Both the position numbers and the translations under genes were made by a program. The notes below the pieces were generated by a model that searched no databases, was not told where the DNA came from, and saw nothing but the letters and a program-made list of their open reading frames with translations. 59,642 nt of DNA from Lentisphaerota bacterium. Its GTDB lineage: Bacteria; Verrucomicrobiota; Lentisphaeria; Victivallales; SZUA-371. Positions 8,853 through 17,055 of this stretch are shown here, one piece after another. Location of the stretch: positions 1-59,642 of the forward strand of contig QKAL01000135.1 of assembly GCA_003246475.1 (NCBI GenBank), given 5' to 3'. The first letter of the stretch is position 1. The number at the start of each line of letters is the position of its first letter.

Positions 8853-8900
8853 CGCGTTATATTTTCCGGTCAGACTAAATGATCTGATGGGAGAAACACT

Positions 8901-9611
8901 TTGCAAACTAAGATGAATGTCGGGAATATCAGCGTCATCGGTTTTGACGCCGATGATACTTTATGGGATAATGAAACGTTGTTTCAGGACGTCGAAGCGC
9001 GTTTCCGGGAACTGATGGCGCCGTATTGCTCCGGCGATGACGCCTCGGCTGAATTGTTCAAAACCGAAATGCGGCACCTGCATATTTACGGCTTCGGTGT
9101 CAAAAGCTTCACGTTGTCTATGGTCGAAACCGCACTAAGTTTGTCCGGTGGCAATGTCCCCGGTTCGATCACCACCGAACTGCTCCGGCTGGGACAATCT
9201 TTGCTGACCGCTCCGGTGATGCTTCTCGGCGGCGTCGAGGAGGTTCTCCGGCAGTTGAGCGGACGTTTCCGTCTGGTGCTGGCCACGAAAGGCGATCTGC
9301 TTGATCAGGAACGTAAACTGGAACGTTCCGGGATGGTTTCGTATTTCCACCATATCGAAGTGATGAGCGATAAGCGTGTTGATGATTATAAAGAGATGCT
9401 TCGCCGTCTTGATGTTCGTCCGGAGGCTTTTCTGATGGTCGGCAACTCGTTGAAGTCCGATATCCTGCCGGTATTGCAACTCGGTGGTGAGGCCGTACAC
9501 ATTCCCTACCACGTAACCTGGGCGCATGAGGCGACCGATGGCGTGAATCCCACCGGTCGTCACTATCACCGGCTGGACCGGATTGGTGAACTGCCGGGTT
9601 TGTTTTCCTGA
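8901..9611 (+). CDS. HAD-superfamily hydrolase (phosphatase-like)
   Basis: DxDxT motif VIGFDADDTLW, LATKGD and MVGNSLKSDI. TTG start at 8901 has GGGAG 7 nt upstream. ATG 8913 is an alternative. Confidence 0.8.
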   Translation: MQTKMNVGNISVIGFDADDTLWDNETLFQDVEARFRELMAPYCSGDDASAELFKTEMRHLHIYGFGVKSFTLSMVETALSLSGGNVPGSITTELLRLGQSLLTAPVMLLGGVEEVLRQLSGRFRLVLATKGDLLDQERKLERSGMVSYFHHIEVMSDKRVDDYKEMLRRLDVRPEAFLMVGNSLKSDILPVLQLGGEAVHIPYHVTWAHEATDGVNPTGRHYHRLDRIGELPGLFS

Positions 9612-9693
9612 CCAATATCAGTCGGTTTGATGGTCCGGTGATGTGTGGTTATCTGCGAAATATCGCATAACATTTTGCTTTTTTTCTGGTAAG

Positions 9694-9722
9694 TTGTTAA
9701 TTATGATGTAATTTTTTAAAAT
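9694..9722 (+). promoter_or_regulatory. Promoter-like TTGTTA-N17-TAAAAT upstream of the binding-protein gene
   Basis: -35 at 9694-9699, -10 at 9717-9722, in an AT-rich intergenic region. Confidence 0.3.
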
Positions 9723-9755
9723 TGGAAAAGGTAATTAACCTGGGAAGGTATGGGA

Positions 9756-10913
9756 ATGAAATATAAGTGTTTGTTGATATTATCGGCTGCGGTGTCGATC
9801 GTTTTCGCGGCAGTGAGTTGCGCCACGACCGGAAATGATGCGAGCGGGGAATTGCGCGTTGGGGTTATCATGCCGTTGACCGGTGCCTATGCCGTATATG
9901 GCAAGGCGGTGGTTCAGGGCATGGAACTCTATCAGGAAAAACTGGAGGCGGAGCATTCCGGCAAAAGGTTAAAACTGATCGTGGTTGATAATGCCAGTAC
10001 GCCGGAGGGCTCAGTTGCGGCCTATGAGCGTCTGGTTAAGAAAGAGAAAGTTCCGGTGATTGTCGGCGCATACACTTCTGCCAATACTTTCCCGCTCAAA
10101 CCGCTGGTCAAGCGCTATCAGGTGCCGGTAGTCACTCCGACTGCCACCCATGATGAGATAACAGTACGCAATCCCCTGATGTTCCGTACTTGTTTTGATG
10201 ATTCATTTCAAGGTAATGCGTTGGGACAATATGCCTGGGAGAAGGCGGGTTTTCGTAAGATCGGGGTCATGTGGTGCCTGAACGTCAACGATGGTGATTA
10301 CAGTCGCGACCTGGCCCGCAGTGTGATGGATGCTTTTCGTAATTGCGGCGGGAAAGTTATGACCGTCGGTTACAATATTGGACAGAAAAATTTCTCAGCT
10401 CAAGTCAAGGAGTTGAAAGAGGCTGGTGTCGATGCAGTTTTTGCACCGCTGTATCCCACTGATCTGGTGCCGTTTGCGATTGAGGCGGCAAAAGAGGGTG
10501 TCAAGGTTTTCGGGTGTGACAGTTGGAGTGGTGACGGTCTGGTCAAGAAGCTTGGCGAGGCCGGGAATGACTGTTTTTATTCCTGCATGTATTCGCGTCA
10601 ATATCAGAATGATAATACTACCTGGTTTGTCAATACGGCTCAGAGTCGGGGAATCAACCCCGGTTTGTGCATGGCACAGGGGTTTGATACTGCCGGTATT
10701 CTTTGTTCGGTCATGACTTCGGCATCAACCTCGGCGGAGATTGCCGAGGCCATGTTCAATGTGCATGAATATCCGGGCGTTACCGGTCCGACCAGTATCT
10801 TTAAGAACGGACGTTGTGCCAAGAACGTTTTCATTGTCAGAATTGTCTGGGACAAATTCAATAAGCGTGCGGTAAAAACGCTGGAATATACCATTGAACC
10901 TTTAATGAAGTAG
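9756..10913 (+). CDS. Lipoprotein, type I periplasmic binding protein (Leu/Ile/Val-binding, Peripla_BP_6-like)
   Basis: Signal peptide plus lipobox FAAVSC. LRVGVIMPLTGAYAVYGK is typical of LivJ-type binding proteins. ATG 9756 has GGAAGG 7 nt upstream. The track start 9750 is too close to the SD. Confidence 0.8.
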   Translation: MKYKCLLILSAAVSIVFAAVSCATTGNDASGELRVGVIMPLTGAYAVYGKAVVQGMELYQEKLEAEHSGKRLKLIVVDNASTPEGSVAAYERLVKKEKVPVIVGAYTSANTFPLKPLVKRYQVPVVTPTATHDEITVRNPLMFRTCFDDSFQGNALGQYAWEKAGFRKIGVMWCLNVNDGDYSRDLARSVMDAFRNCGGKVMTVGYNIGQKNFSAQVKELKEAGVDAVFAPLYPTDLVPFAIEAAKEGVKVFGCDSWSGDGLVKKLGEAGNDCFYSCMYSRQYQNDNTTWFVNTAQSRGINPGLCMAQGFDTAGILCSVMTSASTSAEIAEAMFNVHEYPGVTGPTSIFKNGRCAKNVFIVRIVWDKFNKRAVKTLEYTIEPLMK

Positions 10914-10927
10914 CAGGATACAGCAGT

Positions 10928-11599
10928 ATGAAGTATAAGATTTGTAAAGCCGTTTGCAGGGTTGATCTTGCCGCCGATTGGGACAGTGACTGCTGGCAGG
11001 GAGCGGAAAAAGTCAAGATTAACCAGTTTCGCCGGGAAAGTTCCTCCCATCGTCCGCTGGTTCAGGCCAAGGTGATTTATGACCATCTCGGATTTTACGT
11101 ACATTTTCGGGTTGCCGATCGATATGTCCTGGCGCGCCAGAAAGGTTATAACGTTCCGGTCTGCCGCGACAGCTGCGTCGAGTTTTTCTTTCAGCCGTTC
11201 GGTCAGGGGGGATACTTTAATTTTGAGTTGAATTGCAGCGGATCGATATTGTGTTATTACATTACCGACCATTCCCGTACCCGGAGCGGTTTTGCCAGAT
11301 ATGAGAAACTGACTGACGATGACCTCCGACAGATCGGTATATACCACACTTTGCCCAAAGAGATTCACGATGAGATCGGAAACTCGATACAGTGGCGTTT
11401 GTCCATGCATATCCCGTTTAAGGTGCTGGAAAAATATACCGGCAGGATTCCCCGGATGGAACTGTCGGGAAGTTCATGGCGAGGCAACTTTTATAAGTGT
11501 GCCGATGACAGCTCGCATCCGCATTGGGCGTCATGGAGTCCGGTTCCGGAACTTAATTTCCATGCGCCCGAGGCGTTCGGCGAACTTGTTTTTGAATAA
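10928..11599 (+). CDS. Carbohydrate-binding family 9-like (DOMON-like) protein, no signal peptide seen
   Basis: WDSDCWQGAEKV, FYVHFRVADRYV, DSCVEFFFQP...GGYFNFELNCSG and WSP motifs resemble CBM9-like proteins. Lies 14 nt after the binding-protein gene. Confidence 0.55.
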   Translation: MKYKICKAVCRVDLAADWDSDCWQGAEKVKINQFRRESSSHRPLVQAKVIYDHLGFYVHFRVADRYVLARQKGYNVPVCRDSCVEFFFQPFGQGGYFNFELNCSGSILCYYITDHSRTRSGFARYEKLTDDDLRQIGIYHTLPKEIHDEIGNSIQWRLSMHIPFKVLEKYTGRIPRMELSGSSWRGNFYKCADDSSHPHWASWSPVPELNFHAPEAFGELVFE

Positions 11600-11628
11600 A
11601 TTGCCGAGTTCAGGAATTTTGCTTTCGG

Positions 11629-12387
11629 TTAGAACATTCCGTTGATCTTGTCCAGATCGTCGCGAGTCGCCCACCCATGATTGATGTAACCTTGAACCAG
11701 CTTGACGGCAACCTCTTTGGCGGCGCGTTGGGCATCGGCTTTGATGGTGGCGGAAAAAGACTCGCTTAGTACGGTTGAACCGCCCGAAACCGCAGCCGAG
11801 GCTACTGCGGTTCCTGCCGCGGCGCCTCCAGCCACCGGTATCAGCATGCCGGGCTTGTAACCTCCCGAAGTGGAAACCGAGGCGCTGGCGATCATCTTGT
11901 TGTTCTGATACGCTCTGATCATGGCCCGGATGTCGCCGTTGCCGACGCCGAAACCGATCAATACCCGTGCCGTTTGATTGCCCTGGTTGATCTGAACGAA
12001 TTCACCTTTGATGATTAAAGTATGGGTGGTTGGTTTGCGCTTGTCGTCCATTGAGTAGGCGGCGATTCCGGCTTTGCGCAGATCGCTGACCAGTTCGTCG
12101 GTAAAGGCCTTGGCGGCGACGTGGCCGATCTGTGTTTCCAGTTCGGTCTGGCTTTGGGTTCCATTATCTCGTATGGCTTCGGCGATGACGCCCCGGTCAA
12201 GCTCCACTTCTTTAGGCGTTACCGCCAGGTTTTGTACTAGTACGAAGTCTGGACGGTTTAAATTTCCCTGTGGTCTGGTAATGATATCCACATCTGCCGA
12301 GGCGCATCCGCATAATCCGGCAATGGCGAATGCCGCAGCGGCTATGACCGCTGCTGAAAACAACGATTTGTTATTGGGGTATGACAT
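11629..12387 (-). CDS. Lipoprotein, DUF4410-like
   Basis: Lipobox IAGLCGC and a Gly/Ala-rich segment PVAGGAAAGTAVASAAVSGG. The family assignment is from memory only. Confidence 0.5.
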   Translation of the reverse strand: MSYPNNKSLFSAAVIAAAAFAIAGLCGCASADVDIITRPQGNLNRPDFVLVQNLAVTPKEVELDRGVIAEAIRDNGTQSQTELETQIGHVAAKAFTDELVSDLRKAGIAAYSMDDKRKPTTHTLIIKGEFVQINQGNQTARVLIGFGVGNGDIRAMIRAYQNNKMIASASVSTSGGYKPGMLIPVAGGAAAGTAVASAAVSGGSTVLSESFSATIKADAQRAAKEVAVKLVQGYINHGWATRDDLDKINGMF

Positions 12388-12483
12388 GTTTCTTTCCCTG
12401 ATTTTTATCTGTTAAGATTATAGTACTATAAATGGATGAACAGGATCATGAGTGAATTTCAAGCTTGAATTTAAGAAAAAAAT

Positions 12484-12557
12484 TGGAGCGGGTGATGGGA
12501 GTCGAACCCACGTGACCGGCTTGGGAAGCCGGGGCATGACCGTTTTGCTACGCCCGC
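12484..12557 (-). tRNA. tRNA-Gly (anticodon CCC), with encoded CCA
   Basis: The reverse complement folds as a 74-nt cloverleaf. It has acceptor GCGGGCG/CACCCGC (one C6:A67 mismatch), anticodon stem CCGGC/GCCGG with loop TTCCCAA, a T arm GTGGG-TTCGACT-CCCAT, and discriminator T plus CCA. Confidence 0.9.
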
Positions 12558-12604
12558 TCATGAAAGATGATTAAAATCTATAGCATTTTTTTCCAAATAC
12601 AAGT

Positions 12605-12645
12605 AAAAAAACGATATTTCCGCTACGATTGAACGGAAATATCGT
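12605..12645 (-). terminator. Rho-independent terminator of the 12656-13573 gene
   Basis: Perfect 12-bp stem ACGATATTTCCG / CGGAAATATCGT (12611-12622 and 12634-12645) followed on the minus strand by T6-7. Confidence 0.75.
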
Positions 12646-12655
12646 TGTCTTCGGG

Positions 12656-13573
12656 TTAAAAATTCTTGAGTATCTCTGCTTTTTTATTGATATACTCCTG
12701 TTGGGTAATGAGTTGTTTGTCGCGCATGGTCCGCAGTTCCTGGAGTTTCTTCAAATCTGTGTCGATATTCTCTTTGACCTTATCGTGGATTTCCTGATCC
12801 AGTTTGGCGGAATTTTGTTTCTGGTTTGCCTGAATGGTGGCCCACTGTTTTTCCAGCTCCTTGAGCTTGGCCTGGGCTTCTTTATAGTCCTGTTCATATT
12901 CGGCGAGGTTTTCATCCTGAGCATGTTCGGCGAAGTTCCACATGCCGTAATCGATTTTCCCCTGATTCCAGTCCTGTTCAAATTCGCCGAGCACATGCAT
13001 TCTGGTGGCATCGTCATTGGTTGAGCGGTTGCCCCAGAAGTCGACAGTATCCTGTGAGGCACTGCTTTCGCCTTCGGCGATGACCTGGCGGTCTTGTGCG
13101 TCGTCTTTGGCGATATGCTGTTCCTTCTGTTTGTCCCAGAGTATCTGTCGTTTGATGGCGTCGATCTTCATTTGCAGTTCCGTACACTGATACCGGGTGC
13201 TTACCAGTTCAATGTATACTTTTTTATTTGCGTCAGCAATTTCATTTTTCATCTTCATCTCGTCCAGTTGGCGGCGGCGCAACAGCAGTTCGTCGGTATA
13301 TTTCTGGGCGGCGATGGGGTTATAGTGGAATTTTTTACAGATGTCATCAGGAAGCTGGCTGAACGGCCAGAAGGCAACGCCGTTGTCATGCATGATAGTG
13401 ATTCCGTTGGGACGGACGCTTACAATTTTGGGATGATGGTATATTTCTCCGCCAGGCATTTCTATCTGGTCGGGAAGCTGATAGTCGAAATGTTCCGGAA
13501 GTGTTGTTTCGGCAGAGATAGCGGCGATGTTAATGCTGCAAAAAATCCCAAGCATGATAAGGGCGTTTCTCAT
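12656..13573 (-). CDS. Secreted coiled-coil protein with a C-terminal SHOCT-like motif
   Basis: Signal peptide MRNALIMLGIFCSINIAAISA, a long K/E/Q-rich heptad-like middle and a C-terminal DKQLITQQEYINKKAEILKNF (SHOCT-type G/x-LIT-xxEY-xxKKxxIL). RBS GGGAGGG. Confidence 0.6.
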   Translation of the reverse strand: MRNALIMLGIFCSINIAAISAETTLPEHFDYQLPDQIEMPGGEIYHHPKIVSVRPNGITIMHDNGVAFWPFSQLPDDICKKFHYNPIAAQKYTDELLLRRRQLDEMKMKNEIADANKKVYIELVSTRYQCTELQMKIDAIKRQILWDKQKEQHIAKDDAQDRQVIAEGESSASQDTVDFWGNRSTNDDATRMHVLGEFEQDWNQGKIDYGMWNFAEHAQDENLAEYEQDYKEAQAKLKELEKQWATIQANQKQNSAKLDQEIHDKVKENIDTDLKKLQELRTMRDKQLITQQEYINKKAEILKNF

Positions 13574-13878
13574 TTTTCCCTCCCACGGTAAAATTTTAAT
13601 TTGGAACGCTGTAATAAAAAATTACAATCTTTAGGCGTACAATTCAATCCATATATTATTATTTATTAACAAAATTAGCATGTCAGTTGATGGTGTCGGG
13701 AATGCTGAATGTCTTAGACGATAATTGCTTATGTGGTTTTCCGGGCACTATTTGACGTCATGACATAAATTTTTGACTTTTTTGTAAAATATCTTTGAAT
13801 AGCGTGGGCTTTGGGGCTATGCTTACCCGTGAGATTAATGACTCTGGTACGGTAACACGATTATTCAGGAGCTCAGGG

Positions 13879-14301
13879 ATGGGGAAATGTCTTGTGCTGT
13901 TTGTTTCCGTGTGGGCGGCTGTCATGGCTGCCGGATGTTGTTCCAGTTTAAAATCTTCCACTGAATGCGCTTTCAGCTCTTCGCGTTATTTCTGGGAAAT
14001 CGTGGCAACCCCGGTTCACAGTGAAAAGGTGGTAGAAGCCAACCAGTGTTACAAGTTGCGCGTCGCGTTGAAAGAACAAACTGCGTCGGGGGAGTATCGT
14101 ACTCTGGTCAATCTTCCCGCGATGGATGCGGCATATAATGACCCCGCCGATATTCATATCAATCACCCCGGATTCCGGCTGGACGGGACTGTAGCGGTTC
14201 AGAAAGAATCATCTGGCGATATGATCCATTATACCTTTGATACGCATCGCAAGGGGGTGGATTTTAAGACCGACGGACATTTGCCGGTCAAGCGCGGCTG
14301 A
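13879..14301 (+). CDS. Small lipoprotein, unknown function
   Basis: MGKCLVLFVSVWAAVMAAGC lipobox, with AGGAG 7 nt upstream of ATG 13879. The track start (TTG 13795) is unlikely. Confidence 0.55.
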   Translation: MGKCLVLFVSVWAAVMAAGCCSSLKSSTECAFSSSRYFWEIVATPVHSEKVVEANQCYKLRVALKEQTASGEYRTLVNLPAMDAAYNDPADIHINHPGFRLDGTVAVQKESSGDMIHYTFDTHRKGVDFKTDGHLPVKRG

Positions 14302-14310
14302 TTCCGTGCC

Positions 14311-14625
14311 TTAATCGGTGGATTTGTTGCGTTCTTCTTTTTCGAGTTGGCGGAGGATCATTTCCGCCGGAGTCAGGAACTTCTTTTCATTGTTGCATTC
14401 CTTGCAGCAGGGTACGATGTTTCCCTTGTTGCTTTTGCCGCCGCGCGCCACTGGAACGATATGGTCCATGGTCAGTTCCTCCGGAGAAAAGTGTTCGCCG
14501 CAATAATGGCAGATCCCTTGGGCCAGCTGGTTTTTCCACCAATCGGATTTGCGCAATTCCCTTGCCTTTTCCCGCTCCCGGCGGACATGTACATCGTCTT
14601 TTTGAATATCTATCCAGTCTTCCAT
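14311..14625 (-). CDS. Small HNH endonuclease-domain protein
   Basis: CHYCG...DHIVPVARGGKSNKGNIVPCCKECNNEK: a His-Asn-His core with two CxxC pairs. 104 aa. Confidence 0.85.
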   Translation of the reverse strand: MEDWIDIQKDDVHVRREREKARELRKSDWWKNQLAQGICHYCGEHFSPEELTMDHIVPVARGGKSNKGNIVPCCKECNNEKKFLTPAEMILRQLEKEERNKSTD

Positions 14626-14637
14626 CTTCTGACTCCG

Positions 14638-16233
14638 CTATTGCCTTTCCAAATATTTTTCCGCGGTACGCAATCCGTCGACTGCCGCAGAGATGATGCC
14701 TCCGGCATATCCGGCGCCTTCTCCGGTTATATACAGTCCCGGCAATGAGCTTTCCAATGTCTCTTCGGAACGCACAAAGCGTACAGGGCTGGATACATGG
14801 GTTTCCAACCCCACCAGTTTTCCCTGACGAACGAATCCCGGGCATTGGCGGTCAAATTGGATCAGCGCTTCGCGGATGGCTTTGGAGGCTTTGTCCGGAA
14901 GTAACTGGTCAATCCGCGCGGGAAGCAGGCCCAGGCGGTAACTGGTCTGTTTTATGGATAGTTTGTTCTCGCCCCGTAAAAATGCGGCTGCGTCCTGGGC
15001 CGGAGCGGTATAATTGTTACCGCCGGATTCAAAAGTTTTTTGCTCCAGCCGGTCTATGAATTCAAAGACGGCGGCTGCATTGCTGAACTCTTCCGGCTGA
15101 AAATTGACGATCAGGCAGGAATTGGCAAATTCTCCGTCGCGCTGGTATGGGCTCATGCCATTGGTCGAAAGCCGGTTTTCATGAGCGGTGGACGGTACGA
15201 TTTCGCCGCCGGGACACATGCAGAAGGTGCTCACTCCGGCGATACGGGCGTCGGGGCGTTGGCGACTGACAAAATTATACTCCGCCGCACCGAGAATATT
15301 CGGGCGCCTGTCGAGTCCGAACTGGTTACGGTCAATCAACTGCTGTGGATGTTCGATGCGTGTTCCCAGTTGAAAACCTTTCAATTCGTGCTGGATGTTA
15401 CACTCGATCAGGCTGGCGATGAGTTCCCGGGCGCTGAGTCCGAAACCCATAAATACGGCGGGAGCTTCCAATGCTTCGCCGTCGCGCAGTTTTACTCCGG
15501 CGCAGCGTCCGTTGCGGATCAATGGCGCTTTGACCTCGCGCCCCCAGATAAAACGGCCTCCGGCCGTTTCGATCTGTTTACGGATATTGCGCACCATGAC
15601 CGGCAGGATATCGGAACCGATGTGCGGACGTTTCAGATAGGCGATTTCCGGCGGCGCTCCGGCGGCAATAAACAAATCCAGTATTCTGGTAATGCGCGGA
15701 TCCCGGATACGAGTATATAGTTTTCCATCGGAATAGGTTCCGGCACCGCCTTCGCCATAGAGAAAATTACTTTCGGTGTTGAGTTGCCGGTCTTGATAGA
15801 ATTGATCTATATCGGCGGCGCGGCGGTCGACGTCGAAACCCCGGTCGATGATTATCGGGCGGCAACCGTTGATCGCCAGCATCCAGGCGGTGAGCAGCCC
15901 GGCAGGTCCGGTTCCGACGACCAGTGGTCCATGCGGTAGTGATTTAGAGGCAAAGCGCTCATAATCCGGCTGCAATTCGGCGGTGACGGCGGTAAGCCCC
16001 AGCGGTGCTTTTACCGCCTCGGAGAACTCCACATCCAAGCTGAAAATAAACTCCGGCTTCCCTTTTCTTCTTGCATCTATGCTCTTCTGGCGGATTGTAT
16101 AGTTGACGATGTCTGTACTATTAAGTCCGAGGAACTCCGCAATATGCGGCTCCAGATGCCTGTCGATGTTGCCCGGGGTCTTTGCCAGATGTTTAATGGC
16201 GATCTTTAAATCTTTGATCCGAAAACAACTCAT
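14638..16233 (-). CDS. FAD-dependent oxidoreductase of unknown role (COG2509-like)
   Basis: Dinucleotide fold VVGTGPAGLLTAWMLAINGCRPIIIDRG. Motifs GEGGAGTYSDGKL and a C-terminal LYITGEGAGYAGGIISAAVDG are typical of this uncharacterised FAD family. Confidence 0.8.
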   Translation of the reverse strand: MSCFRIKDLKIAIKHLAKTPGNIDRHLEPHIAEFLGLNSTDIVNYTIRQKSIDARRKGKPEFIFSLDVEFSEAVKAPLGLTAVTAELQPDYERFASKSLPHGPLVVGTGPAGLLTAWMLAINGCRPIIIDRGFDVDRRAADIDQFYQDRQLNTESNFLYGEGGAGTYSDGKLYTRIRDPRITRILDLFIAAGAPPEIAYLKRPHIGSDILPVMVRNIRKQIETAGGRFIWGREVKAPLIRNGRCAGVKLRDGEALEAPAVFMGFGLSARELIASLIECNIQHELKGFQLGTRIEHPQQLIDRNQFGLDRRPNILGAAEYNFVSRQRPDARIAGVSTFCMCPGGEIVPSTAHENRLSTNGMSPYQRDGEFANSCLIVNFQPEEFSNAAAVFEFIDRLEQKTFESGGNNYTAPAQDAAAFLRGENKLSIKQTSYRLGLLPARIDQLLPDKASKAIREALIQFDRQCPGFVRQGKLVGLETHVSSPVRFVRSEETLESSLPGLYITGEGAGYAGGIISAAVDGLRTAEKYLERQ

Positions 16234-16238
16234 TACCG

Positions 16239-16805
16239 CTAAATAGTCTCCTCGGAGAATACGATGGCTTCAAAGACCATGAATCTGGCTTCCTGCGAGC
16301 GCCAGGCATCTTTAGGCAATCCGGCCTTCAAGGACAGATAATCCAGAGTGGTATTGCGATCCCAGCCCTGTTCCGGAGCTACCTGCGGCAGGAATACTGC
16401 AGAACGTCCATAGAGGGAAAGAACAATCCCGTGGCGGCCGATGATGAAATCATCTGTTGATGCAATCTCTTCCATCGGGGTCAGTATTGATACCTCGATT
16501 ATGAGTTGTTCCAGCTCGTCGGTTTCAGAGACTGCCGGAAAGCGTGGGTCCCGGAAGGCGGCGTTGATGGCGTTATGCCGGAGATTGTCCCCCAGATTTT
16601 CAATCGGTGTAATGTTGCCGATGCAGCCACGCAGTTCGCCTGCCGTGGTGTGCAGGGTAACAAAACACGATCCCAGCACATGCAGTTCCCGGATGTTTTC
16701 TGGTATCGGCGGTAACGGCTGATGTGTCAGTTTGTTGCTGATTACAGTCCGGACAAAACTGAGGATGACCTGTTTTTGTTCCGATGTAAAAGAATCTGTA
16801 GGCAT
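16239..16805 (-). CDS. AMMECR1-domain protein (AmmeMemoRadiSam system protein A type)
   Basis: GSCFVTLHTTAGELRGCIGN and RDPRFP motifs. 188 aa. Confidence 0.85.
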   Translation of the reverse strand: MPTDSFTSEQKQVILSFVRTVISNKLTHQPLPPIPENIRELHVLGSCFVTLHTTAGELRGCIGNITPIENLGDNLRHNAINAAFRDPRFPAVSETDELEQLIIEVSILTPMEEIASTDDFIIGRHGIVLSLYGRSAVFLPQVAPEQGWDRNTTLDYLSLKAGLPKDAWRSQEARFMVFEAIVFSEETI

Positions 16806-16818
16806 TTTCCCCCTCCCG

Positions 16819-17037
16819 TTATGGTTTGAATAACGCCATGACGATGATCGCCAGCATATTGATGCCTAGGATGGCGGCCAGCTGGGTCAAACTGTGGGTC
16901 GGAGACTCAAACAGCTTGACGCCGAAATGTTCAGCTGCCCGGGTTAACAGCCACCCGGCATAAATATTTATCCCCAGCAGGGGAAAGATGATCCATCCCA
17001 GACCGCTGCCGGATTTTGTTTTTTTGCTGCCACCCAT
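16819..17037 (-). CDS. Small two-TM membrane protein, unknown
   Basis: 72-aa ORF with two hydrophobic helices, packed between the permease gene (18-nt gap) and the AMMECR1 gene (13-nt gap). Confidence 0.45.
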   Translation of the reverse strand: MGGSKKTKSGSGLGWIIFPLLGINIYAGWLLTRAAEHFGVKLFESPTHSLTQLAAILGINMLAIIVMALFKP

Positions 17038-17055
17038 ATCGTCCTGCCCCCTGCA

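Noticed and set aside
12388-12655. tRNA-Gly as the anchor of a genomic island or integrated element
   Set aside because: There is no integrase, no direct repeat of the tRNA 3' end and no phage or transposon genes on either side. The only local structures are a 12-bp palindrome TTCAAGCTTGAA (about 12459-12470) and the neighbouring gene's terminator.
14311-14625. HNH gene as a homing endonuclease, restriction or defence module
   Set aside because: It is a stand-alone 104-aa protein at the end of a housekeeping-like operon. It has no partner methylase, ATPase, intron or intein context and no compositional break visible by eye.
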